A stretch of 64,000 nt of DNA from Marsupella aquatica (Eukaryota > Plantae > Marchantiophyta), in NCBI GenBank assembly GCA_973895155.1, contig OZ316895.1, positions 6,932,184-6,996,183 of the forward strand, written 5' to 3'. This document shows, in pieces, positions 53,801 through 64,000 of the stretch. The translations under genes and the position numbers were made by a program. Each line of letters begins with the position of its first letter. Position 1 is the stretch's first letter. The notes under the pieces are model-generated. The model was given only the letters and a program-made list of their open reading frames with translations. It was not told the origin of the DNA and ran no database searches.

Positions 53801-53990
53801 TTTCCAGGTGTCATCGTTTGTTGGAATGGCATTGATGGGATTGACCTCTTCCTCTTCGGCTTCTCCCTTTGTCCTGCTCTGCTGGCTTCCTAGGTGCCGC
53901 CGACCTCGTTCTTTTTGCCGGGGTGGCCTCCTCGTTGTTGTTTCCTTTCCTCTTCATCTCGGCTGCCGTGGATGTTTCTCCTAGCAAGGT
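50864..53990 (-). pseudogene. ~1000-aa ORF of insertion 2 (conserved N-domain, Pro/Glu linker, long coiled coil), split by in-frame TAG stops
   Basis: ORFs 53773-52934, 52840-51986 and 51979-50864 are in one frame, separated by TAG codons. N-domain GLEAFVRLPW...EFVGSW...VYGKDFFLT...VFGLP...KNGF...IDFLRVTMH..PRAEI. A separate 113-aa ORF lies upstream (54027-54368). Confidence 0.75.
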
Positions 53991-55613
53991 TGCCTTCGTC
54001 CACCCCTCCATGTTACCCTTCAACTCCTAGTGTAGGTTGTTGCAGCAATTGATGGCTTCCCGGATGCCGATGATTCTATTTTTGCAAAATAGAAGGTCGT
54101 CGAGCTGATTGGCAGTAGGAGTCCACAAGAACTTGGCCTTGATAAGTTCTCCTCCTAAGAAAGCCGTCTTCTGCAGTTCCCAGAGCCGAGCGAGCTCCTG
54201 CCATTCTCGAGCTGCTCTCTCTGATTCTTCGTCCTCGTAAGTCCTGACGTACTCACTTGCCCGTTCGAACAGGCATCCCCAAAAATGTGCCGCTTGATTG
54301 ACGTTGCTCATACCCTCCTTGAGTCGATTGTTGGTATCTGTTCCCACCCCGAGTGCTTGCCTAAGCAACTGACAATATTTGGCCCCCCGTAGTTGTCTGC
54401 CCAGTTCGTTCTTGCAAATGAGCCACTATTCCTCGCAAGCGGTCCTTACCCCTCTCCTCCTCTGGTCTTCCCTCCCGTTGGTCACCCCTAGCCGCCGACG
54501 CTTAGCGCGCCCTAACCCTAATTGTGTTCTCTCCCCCGACATCCTTACTTCCGGCCTCGGCCCGGGTTCCATAGTCACCCTTAATTGTTTAAATTTTCCT
54601 TGTTTTTGTTCCTATACTAAGGTGTTTCCAGGGTACACTCCTACTTTACCATGTAAACCGGCCTAGTGATTCCTGGCTAGGCATCACATGCGTCAAAATT
54701 TTCTCCAAAGTCTTCTTTTTTGACTTTGGAGCACTGGGCTTGGCAGGCTCAGGAGTCATAGCAGGTCACTTCTTTGAAGAAGTACGAGTTCCAGTCGTAC
54801 CTTTCCAACCCACCTGTCAAAGCCGTTCCTAGGGATGATCTGCCAACTTGAGATCCCCCTCCAGATGCTGCTACTTCACGGGAGGTTGTAGGCGCTACCA
54901 CGGTCAAAATGTCATCGGGTAAAATGCTAGGCCTGGATCCAGAAGGAACACCGGAAGCCCCAGATTTGGGAGGACAACTTACCCCCTTCTCTGCCGATCT
55001 TTTTCGGAGAATCTCTCGTGATTTTCGGATTGCACTCTTTAAAGTGCTAGCGTGGAATTCGAACACAAAATCGGAAATCTTTCCTGCGACGTCGTGGTAA
55101 CGTTCCTCACTCGAAAGAGACTTGACAATCTCAATGATGCTATCGATGTCCTCATCGAGATAGAAGGTGGCAGCCGTTCTAGAAAACCTCTCCACATCCA
55201 CCACAATCAAAGTTGACATTTCCTTCGTTGTGATCAACATGTTCACAACTTCGTCTCCCTTCGAAATACATCAATACGGCCATAATTGACCCACCCTAAT
55301 GCCCCCGATGGAAGCCCCTCAAATACACACAACATTAGGAAGGGCTTCTTCCATGTTTCCGTCCCTAAGGAAATCGTCCAGGATGAGTTGTGGAAGTCCG
55401 TCAAAGGATGGCGCGAAAAGATGTCATCCACCAGCTCTTCCTGTGACATTGTCATGTTCTCGCCTGATCTTTAAAACCTGAAAACATACCACAAAATCAG
55501 TCCACTTCAACCCCAACCTGCGAGATAAAGTGCCATAGAACCAAAGAATGTGCCAACAAATGGCTACTAAAGCCGTGTCCTTATGGATCTAACAATGCTC
55601 TCGGCCACCCCAG

Positions 55614-56160
55614 GACTCCTACCATGAATTCATGAAGGGAGTCTCCCTCTTGCACCGACCTTCATGAATTCATGAAGGGAGTCTCTTCTCTCTTTGCATG
55701 TACACCTTGGAGATTCAGAAGGGTATTGAAAATGGGGTGCGGAGGGAGGGTGATGTGAAGAAATCTCCCAGGGTCTAAATTACTACCTAAAATAGGGTCG
55801 AAATGAAGCGCGACCACGATAACTTGCGACACATCGCCGATGAGTGCTGAAAATGGCACGAAATTGGACAGCGAGATTGTTTTTCACTCTTTTACAAAGG
55901 AAATCCAAATGACATCGAGTGAAAATGAATGTGCTACCCCGTGTTACTTGGTTATACATACTAATCATGGATCAGGCGCGACTTAGTAAAATTAACACCA
56001 AATCATGATAAATCAATGTTTTCGAGCCAATTATTCATGAATATTTTGGCGTATTAACGAGAAAAATTTCATGAATTTCATGAATATCTGATATTTTGAA
56101 GTTAAGAAGTCCCGACAATCCGTGAAAAACTATAAATAGGCTCGTTTATTCATGACTCTT
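55614..56160. promoter_or_regulatory. Divergent promoter region with clustered CATGAATTCATG/TTCATGAA palindromes and a TATA box
   Basis: Imperfect 30-bp palindrome at 55614-55643, perfect 20-bp CCTTCATGAATTCATGAAGG at 55659-55678, TATTCATGAATA at 56032-56043, TTCATGAATTTCATGAA at 56068-56084; TATAAATA at 56131, about 100 bp before ATG 56236. Confidence 0.6.
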
Positions 56161-56635
56161 GGTCATTATTTTGAGGAGATTTGTTAGATTTTACTAATTT
56201 TCTTAGTTTCTTGTCAATTTGCACTAGTTTTTCCAATGGCGGCATGTTATGAATCAGATGATTATTCAGATGGAGTTTCTGATGATGTTTCATTGCCGGA
56301 TGGCCCATGCACAGTGGTTGCCCTAGATATCCCTAGAATAACTACTATTTTAGATATGCCACCCCCACCCCTATGAGCAAGTTAAAACGTACTCCTTTAC
56401 GACTTGCAATTAGTGGGAAGAAATCATTGGTCGGTGGTAAGGAGAGGTCAGGGAGCTCCTCTGACTCCTTGGAGAGTATCGGTCCCCCTGGACGTCAAGT
56501 TGTGTCTCCTTTGTCACCAACAAAGGACAATTTGGGTAGTAATGTGGAAGGTTCAATGTCTATTGGGATGTCTGGGAAACGGTCTCATGAATTCATGAAG
56601 ACTGGATTTGGAAAGACGAAGAAGGCACTAAGTGG

Positions 56636-59600
56636 TGTGACACGGGTAACGTGTCACTTGACCGAACCCAGGTCGTAGATTAGGACTTATACGGTCATTA
56701 GGACCGTAGCCATAGTGTAGAATAGCACGTATAGCCGTCTATTGCCATTATGATTAGATTAGGAGTAGGTTAAGATGATCGAATCATTACGAGTTCAGGA
56801 AGGGGATTATTACGCGCGACCGAGGTACGGTGGCGGCAGCGGAGTAAAAATCAGTTAGAAGAATCACGCTTGGACCGAGGCGCCGACTTCAGCTCGCTAT
56901 CAATGACCAAAACGGCCTGGCCTTCTCACGCTCGGGCTCATCCTGGCACCTTCATAAGAGAGGAGCCGATGGTGCTGCGGGCCATTTGCTCATGTCTACC
57001 TTTCTTTGAATTCGCGGACGTTGCCACCCACTCGCCCTGCTGATCGAATCGAGTCGACCTTTACAAGGAGATTATCGAGGGAGAAGAGCGGAATGTGGCG
57101 AGATTTAGTCAGGACGAGCGAGGCCTCCACGAGACAGAGGACCAGCCGGGTGGGAACGCGGACTCAACGAACTGGACTATGAGGTTAGTATGACCCTCAC
57201 AGCCTTGGGATTTTGGACCTTGTTTGGTGAGGTAGGTGCTAAGTTCTCCGAGACTTACTGGTACTCTTCCCCCGAGAAAGCCGCTTACAAACGAAGGTAC
57301 GCAAAGCTGGTAACCAAGGTAGCACTGGTTAATTGCAAAAGGACAGCCATCACCAGGGATTCTAGCTACAACGAGCTGTGAGACTACATCACCGAACTAT
57401 ATCTCAGCAAAGAAGGGCTTAGATCGGTAGCAGAGGCGATTCTTGAGGTTCCAACGAAGTTCTTTAAGCTGAAGAGCAACCAACGGCTTACTCAAGCGGA
57501 GTTCGACAAGATTCTGGGGTACCTAGACCAGCAGATTGCAGCCAAAAAGCGCCAGGAAGACATCAGCAGACAACGGGAAGCGGCGCGTAATCTCACGTTC
57601 CTTGGGGAAAGCTCCAACGCCTTCAACTGGGATATGGCTACCCCGATACCACCAGTGCCTCAACCAATGACCACCGGAGTACCGCCGAACCAGTCCCAAG
57701 TCCGTCCAGTAATCAACACGGAGTGTTCTTCAGGTTCCGAGCGAGCTAGTCCGCAACTCAAACAGCATCCTCGTAAGTGGCCAAGGACTACGACGGCCCC
57801 CGAATCAACACGGACCGACGCAGCGCCTACGCCTGCCCTGCCAAACCCCCCGACCAACCAGACCCGACGGCCCCTGGATAACCCGAAGTCCAACTTATTA
57901 CAGGTAATCCGCGTCCCCGAGGTAGTCTGGATCGCGATCAAGAAACTCAAACATGCAGACTATCTCAAGGAGCATCAGTTGGAGCGGTTTGCCCACTTGC
58001 TATGGAGGCCGTGCACCACCGGGCCAAAGGAGATTTGTGAGTTCATCTCCAATTTCGACACTGACGCGTCGACCACCAAGGTTTCGGGGCAAGCTTTATC
58101 ACTCACGGAGCATCGGTTAACGCAAATCTTCTGCCTACCAACCGGGCCGGTGCCGGTGGAAATCCAAATTCGGGATAAGGAGTATACGCCGCGGCACTTC
58201 AAACCTGAGGGTAAGACGGACAACGGATACAAGCAGGGGGCGTGCACCAACTTAACCTGTATGGAGCGGCTTAACTTCATACAGACTACCCTACACATGA
58301 TTGAGCCACGATCCGAGATTTCCCTCTGCACGATCGTGCAGGTGGAACAGTACAAACGACAAAACTGGGCCCAATTCTTCTACCAAAGATTCTCGGGGGA
58401 GCTGAAGCGGGCTCAGGGTGGTATGGCTATTGGGGGGAAGACTTACTTGGGAAGTCATATCGCCATTATCCTCGCCTGGTACAAGGCACGGCGGGAGGCC
58501 AAAGGAAAGAATATGGCCACCTCAGCCCTGGGTAATGTCACCCCCACCCCAGAGGAGGCAACCCCGACTACGCGGACTACCGTCCCTCGGGCAAACCCCG
58601 AGCCGGAAGCCCCGACTAATACTCCGCCATCGCCCCCTGTGGAAATTCCACCGCCCCCTTCCGTCGAGCCTCCGCTATCCGCAGTACAACCACCCCCAAT
58701 CCCTCCACCACCTGAAGAGACCTTCCCCTCCCCAACGCTGACTACGGAGGAGCTCATTGCCCCTGCCGAGGAACCACCGGTACCCGAGAAGATGGAGGAC
58801 TACCAAGTAGCCCAGGGGACCATGGCCTACGACCTGGTCCAGAAGTTTAGCCACACTATGTCTGGGGAGCTGGCGGCGTACATCGGACAACAAGTCTCGG
58901 CGTACTTTCAACCAACCTTCTTCATGTTAGAGCACCAACCACGGATCGTAAGCCACCTGGAAGAAGAACTCATGGCGAAGGGGAATGAGATCGGGCGCCT
59001 CCAGATGTTGGTAGAGCACCTCGAGGAGGAGGCAACAACCAGATGTGAGGAGTTAGTCCGCACCGTCGAACAGAGGGACGGACTAAACCAGGAGTTAAGC
59101 GGAGCGCAGGTCGAACTCAAGAAGCTGGATGACACCGTGCTTCAATTACGCTCAGAATCTTCGGCTCGGGTTACCAGCCTGACCGACCTCAACAAACAAT
59201 TCCTGCAGATAGCACAGCAGGTGGCTAGTCTCTCCGCCGAACGAGATAAATTGCTAGCGCAGGACCAGGTCCATCGCGACGCCATCGACCAGCTCAACTT
59301 GGAGGTAGCGCGGCTCCAGACCGAGGCCGATGAAGCTGCAAACAAGGCGGAGGAAGCAGTACGGGACAACAAGGCTTTGCAGGACCGCATTACCCTGCTC
59401 ATCCTCCAACGGGGAAAACCTGGGCCCACCTTTGATCAAGGCGGCTCGAGGTCTCGTCCCGACAAGGGGACCAGCCCTGGTCCAACCACTGCACGCACGT
59501 AAGGGGTAGTTAGCAAAGGGTGGAAGCAGGCGCCGCGCGAGGCAGTTAAGTCAGCGACATCTTTTGGTTAGGCGTAACGATAGAATGACTGTCATTAGGC

Positions 59601-60484
59601 GCCGATTAGCGGCAGTAAGAAGAATTAGGGCCAGATCAGTTAGGATCAGCCAACGTAGGATAGAGTCCATCAACGGACTAGAATTTGTCAGTAGGATTGG
59701 CCGCTGCCATCCCGGTCAGCACCTTGTCGTCGACGGTCAACCAGTCAGTACGGCGCGACTAGTAGTCAGTAGGTAGTTAGTCAGTAGGTAGTATCCCGGA
59801 AGGCAGTATCCTCTGGCTCTCCTCCGCGATTGTAGTATTTAGGCTTCCCCTTCCGCTAAGGAAGGGGAGAAGGCTTAGTTATCTCAGCAGAGGGAAGGTG
59901 AGGCACGGGGAGTCCTGGCCTGAGCAGGGTCAGAGTGCACCAAGGAGTGAGAGCCAGAGTCGAGCTTGCTGGGCAAGTGCGAGGCAGGGCCTCGTAGAGA
60001 CTGGGCATCGACTGCCGTTGGGCCTGCTGACCCCCTTTGAAGTCGAGTCAACCATGTAAACTGATGCTTTGCTGAGTAAATGTAGTCTTTTCCCCCTAAT
60101 GTTTCTGCAAGTAACTGGTGTTGTGTGTATGCTTTGTCTGGGTAAAGGCGCCATTTTAAGGGACGTACCGGGTGCGGACTAATGGTAGGGATTGCCACTC
60201 ATTGTATGTCACAAGGTCCTGTCGTGTCGATGGCTTGAAAGGCCCCAAGCCGGGAGTTAGTCCGAGTCACTAACTGAGGGAATATTCCAGCGGTGGAAAA
60301 CAAATATACCTATGACTAGTACGAATTATTCAGGTGTTATACCGGTAAGTATATCGACTTAGCCCGACTTAGGGCTAATTGAGGTCACTACACACCTCCT
60401 TGCCCGAACCCCTCACCCTTACTGGTGGTCGAGGTCGCACCATGGCACTAAACTGGATTTAAGGCCCAGGTTAGCGGCACGACA
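56636..60484 (+). mobile_element. ORF-bearing TG...CA insertion 3 (putative long solo LTR, 3849 bp) inside the transposase gene
   Basis: AGTGG|TGTGAC...ACGACA|AGTGG (TSD 56631-56635 and 60485-60489). Excision restores the host frame. No internal terminal direct repeats and no gag/pol seen. Confidence 0.92.
57634..59502 (+). CDS. Intact 622-aa ORF of insertion 3: conserved N-domain, Pro-rich linker, coiled coil
   Basis: LERFAHLLW...EFISNFD...KVSGQALSLT...IFCLP.G...NGY...LNFIQTTLH..PRSEI...NWA...YLGSHI aligns by eye with the 279-aa ORF at 52934-53773; heptad-rich C-terminus. Confidence 0.8.
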   Translation: MATPIPPVPQPMTTGVPPNQSQVRPVINTECSSGSERASPQLKQHPRKWPRTTTAPESTRTDAAPTPALPNPPTNQTRRPLDNPKSNLLQVIRVPEVVWIAIKKLKHADYLKEHQLERFAHLLWRPCTTGPKEICEFISNFDTDASTTKVSGQALSLTEHRLTQIFCLPTGPVPVEIQIRDKEYTPRHFKPEGKTDNGYKQGACTNLTCMERLNFIQTTLHMIEPRSEISLCTIVQVEQYKRQNWAQFFYQRFSGELKRAQGGMAIGGKTYLGSHIAIILAWYKARREAKGKNMATSALGNVTPTPEEATPTTRTTVPRANPEPEAPTNTPPSPPVEIPPPPSVEPPLSAVQPPPIPPPPEETFPSPTLTTEELIAPAEEPPVPEKMEDYQVAQGTMAYDLVQKFSHTMSGELAAYIGQQVSAYFQPTFFMLEHQPRIVSHLEEELMAKGNEIGRLQMLVEHLEEEATTRCEELVRTVEQRDGLNQELSGAQVELKKLDDTVLQLRSESSARVTSLTDLNKQFLQIAQQVASLSAERDKLLAQDQVHRDAIDQLNLEVARLQTEADEAANKAEEAVRDNKALQDRITLLILQRGKPGPTFDQGGSRSRPDKGTSPGPTTART

Positions 60485-63400
60485 AGTGGGCCAAATGACG
60501 GAGATTTTTGCAGTCTCCAAAGTGTTCAGCGGCTGAAGCAAATGCCAAAAAGTAAAACCTTTGGTAAGCCAACGTCGGAAACATTTCACAGGGGAATGAG
60601 GGAAGAAACTAGACAACCAGTGTTATTGAAAAGTATTCCAGAAAGGAATTCTAATGTGTGTTCCTCATTTTTACCTGGGAGTCATGGTGTTGGGGCAGGG
60701 AGCGGATCAAGTCACGGAAACTCAAACAGGGAAACCAACCTGGTGGAGAGGGCCCCTAGGAAAATATTGAAAGGGTCCTTACACGGTAATGGAGGGATTT
60801 CTGAAATACGCCCAGGTATTCCAAGGCTGCATAGAGTGAAGGAAGAGCCTCCATCTCCGAAGGCTGCAGGTCTGGAATCTCGGGATGTTCAGAAGAAAAT
60901 GTTGGTGACCATTTCATCATCGAATGATAGCGAGTCTTCGGAGAGTGAGGAGGATGATGATGTTCCAGTGGCATCTAGTCGTTACAAACGTACGAGCAAC
61001 GCCACTTTGTGTGAAACAAAGTTGAAAGAGGAGGATATCAAGAAAACAAATAGTAAGTACTGTTGTTAGAGTCATTGTCTCCTAAGTCTATCTCCAAAAG
61101 AAATTCGTGAGGCGCGTTCTAAATTTTTGAGGTAGAAATCTCAGGATCGATCTTTATCTTTGTAGTGGCTTATAAAGCAAGACGGAAATGAAGGAGGGAG
61201 GCAAACTATATCTCACACGTTTGGTCAAAAGAGTATTTATCAGAAAGCTTTCAAGCTTATATTTTGCGTTGGCAATCAGAGATTAAATAGAATTTTGAAA
61301 TTAGACAACCAAGACTTAGGATATTCTAAACCAGTTGGACACCCTCCAGCTGTTAAAAGATTAGTCTTGGTCAGTTGGCTTAGGTCATTTTTTGAGACAC
61401 GCGTGGAAACATTGCCAAATAAAGAAGTTTCACATTTACCGAGTAATTATTCAAAGCTGGAGGTATGAAAGATCTACGATTCCAACCATGCCAAGATTGA
61501 TGAATCATCAAAAATATCCTATCGACAATTCTTGAAAGTTTGGGCTCAAGAATTTGGTCATGTGAAGATTCCTCCAGTCAGTCGATTCAGTGCTTGCGCG
61601 GATTGCGAGGAGTTCAAATCAATTCGGGACAAAGCTGTCTCGGAGACCGAAAAAAGTAAGTTACTTACAAGTTTGACAAGTTTTTTGTTTCAAGAATATG
61701 GCTTAGCACATGATTTCTATTTTTTTGAAGAAACTAACAAGTTGTTTTTCCAGGGCGAGGGGAGATTATGTTACAAATACATAGAGACCAACAATCCAAA
61801 GAACGTGAGAAACTCGCAAAGCATCGTAAGAAATGATTTTCAAATCCTGATAAATATTTGGGAGTTGTCATTGATGGGGTGGATCAGAAGAAGACAAGGT
61901 TGCCTCATTGGCCGCGTCCCCCAAAATCGGTGGACGAAACATGTTTGATCCAAATGCACGTTGTCGGATGCCTGGTTTTCAATGATGCACTATTTTCAAG
62001 AGTATTTCTTAATTATCCTGTATTGCATAATGATGGAAACTTGACAGTCACAATCCTGCAAAGGGTGTTTCACGAATGGGAAGAAAAGCCTGGTGGCTTG
62101 CCGCCTGTTCTCTATCTTCAACTTGATAATACCAGTAGAGAAAATAAAAATAATTTACTCTTTGCCTATCTTCATATGTTAATTCGAAGAAAGGTTTTTC
62201 GGAAAATCAAACTAGGATTCTTGTTGGTTGGACACACACACGACCAAATAGATCAAATGTTCAGTCGATTTTCTAAACGACTAGCAAGGTTTAAGGCATT
62301 CACATACGAAAGCCTATGTGATATTATTTGCGAATCATATCAACCCCAACCAAATATCACTCTTTTAAAGGAAACATATGATTTCCGTCAATATGCCTTC
62401 TTAGATCCACCTTTAGTCATTGAAAGGATTTGAAATGTTACCTTCCACCACCAGTACAAATTTGCACTTGACAAGTTGGAAGATCAAGTTCCAACCCAAT
62501 GGGGGAAGAAGTTTTCCACGGACTCAACTTGGAAACCTGACGGAGGCGTGAAATTTTTAGGGAAGAGGAGCCAGAAAAGGTGATGGGTTGTGCTCCCGGA
62601 TTACCCCTTTTCAAAAAGGGGGATAAGAACGTTACAAGGACTCAACCAAATATGTCTAGTTCTTCAAGAATGACTTTGAAGGAGATGGATGATTCGTTAA
62701 ATGAGATTCAAAAGGGAATACTTGCAGTTGAAACTTTATTCTCAGAAGAGGAAGTGAACTGGTGGAGAATGTTTTTTGAAGAGCAGTGGGAATTGAATAA
62801 ATCCTTGCTCCTTGATCAAAGACCATTGATTTTCCCTTTTCAATGGCCATGTTCCCAAGGGGAGATTGCTGTTGCTGCTGAAGTTCCCAGAGTCCTTGTC
62901 AATGAAGAGGAAATTGAAGAGAGAGTATACGGACCTACCAGAGATATATACGTGGGTCCTTATCGGAATCAAGGAAAGATAGATGCAGAGAAGGAGAATA
63001 TGGAAGGAGACTTTTCCGATCTTGAAGTCAACACTTATATTTCTGTTGCTAGAGATGTTGTCAACTTTTCCTTTTTCAAATTGCCTTTACCACTTATTCA
63101 TGAATTCATGGTTAAAGTTTCTTGAGAAATTTTTAGTTTAATATTTTCTTAGTGGGTTGTGTTTCAATTCAATTGGATGGTGTCATTTCTATCCTCCTTG
63201 TCTTCTTTTCACAATAATGTGTATCAGGCTAAGTTGTAGTAGTTTATTTTCTGGTTTTTAAATGACAATGGCTTTTGGAGGTGATTTAGTTATCGGTTCA
63301 AGAGACAGCTCGTGTAATTGTGAGACCATTGTAGATAATAGTGTTGTATTTGAGGTCATTTATTGGTGGAATGTATTTTCAGATAAATTTGGTCATTTTT

Positions 63401-64000
63401 AGGCTATCAAAACATAGCTAGTTTATGTCATATTTTGTTCGCTCCATATTTTTGTTCTAAAATAGGTGCTAATTTTGGCACTTTTTCTGACTTTTTCGTT
63501 GTTTTTCTGATTTTTTGGCTAGAGTTCCTAAAGTATGGGCTTGTTACTCATCATTTAAGGCTTCTTGTTAATAGCCAGGTCGCGGTGAGGGGTGCTTTGG
63601 TGTGTTGTTTTGAGTATTTAGGGGGAGAGCCCCGTAGTAGTGAGGGGGGGAACTCAGTCTAGTGTTTGCTTAGGGAAGTTAGCTCATAGCCAGAATAGGG
63701 AATCAAGCCAGAGTAGTGAGGTAAAGGTGTAGCACTTGCCCCAGTGAGGCAGTAGTTGTACAGACGGCAGGAGACCGGGTTGTCCTTGCAATGTGTTACT
63801 ACGTTTTGCCAAAAGATATGGATTTGGTTTGATTCCTCAAGTTTTGGTGTTACCTTTTCTGGTTCACAATTGTGTTCTTTCCCCAAGAAGCGTCTAAGGA
63901 ATCCTTGCACGGTTTGGTCAACCATGTGAGTAGGAGGGGTGGTGATAGCACTCCACCAACAACCAGTAGGAGTGTGTGTGTGTGTGTGGCGTAGTCCATG

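Larger units (their letters stand above)
49916..54688 (-). mobile_element. ORF-bearing TG...CA insertion 2 (putative long solo LTR, 4773 bp) inside the MTase gene
   Basis: TGCGT|TGTGGTGC...GCATCACA|TGCGT (TSD 49911-49915 and 54689-54693), with a 7/8 terminal inverted repeat. Excision restores the host reading frame. Confidence 0.9.
47621..55455 (-). pseudogene. ParB/Srx-like domain fused to a beta-class DNA amino-methyltransferase (N6-adenine/N4-cytosine type); intron-containing, disrupted by insertion 49916-54688
   Basis: Removing the insert joins ...KKTLEKILT/HLEQKAQS... in frame. ParB/Srx-like motifs: IYQV(R), PFVLLVDP, YYVIGGNHS, RVQSWIFAGLS..EA. MTase motifs in beta order: IV LALVDIPY, spliced CVW-VKGN, FECFTIG, X YQKPRALL, I GDWVLDICSGSGT...GRHCVAIEID. 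GT-AG introns at 48852-48763 and 48286-48183. Several frameshifts and TGA stops. Confidence 0.85.
56236..63125 (+). pseudogene. DDE transposase of the DUF7869/Sola-like type, intron-containing, disrupted by insertion 56636-60484
   Basis: Removing the insert joins ...KKALSG/PNDGDFCSLQSVQRLKQMPKSK in frame with the ORF at 60542. Motifs KYCC.SHCL, HLP, W..EFGHVKIP..SRFSACADC, then an intron at ~61656-61753, then VIDGVDQKK, LYLQLDNTSRENKN and FLLVGHTHDQIDQMFS. In-frame TAG/TGA stops and frameshifts. Confidence 0.85.

Noticed and set aside
63055-63130. Possible fourth TG...CA insertion starting near 63059
   Set aside because: No matching end or TSD in the window, and the sequence contains the host CATGAATTCATG motif; more likely an intron or 3' region.

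Overview
Eukaryotic, intron-rich land-plant DNA; a liverwort or other non-seed plant is my inference. The left ~39 kb is ordinary gene space: two tandem subtilase (S8A) genes, methionine aminopeptidase 2 (-), an AlkB-family dioxygenase (+), an intronless GH17-X8 gene that looks catalytically degenerate (+) and a multi-exon PP2C (-), plus MITE/LTR remnants. The right ~24 kb is a nested mobile-element complex. Three 3.8-4.8 kb TGT...ACA insertions, each with a 5-bp target-site duplication (41584-45598, 49916-54688, 56636-60484), each carry a homologous long ORF and look like protein-coding solo LTRs. Removing them in silico restores two head-to-head, intron-containing pseudogenes. One is a DUF7869/Sola-like DDE transposase (+, 56236-~63100). 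The other is a ParB/Srx-like domain fused to a bacterial-type beta-class DNA amino-methyltransferase (-, 55455-47621). A cluster of CATGAATTCATG/TTCATGAA palindromes lies between them. The main candidate system is therefore a large plant DNA transposon carrying its own ParB-type N6A/N4C DNA methyltransferase. Family assignments come from motif recognition only; no database search was run.
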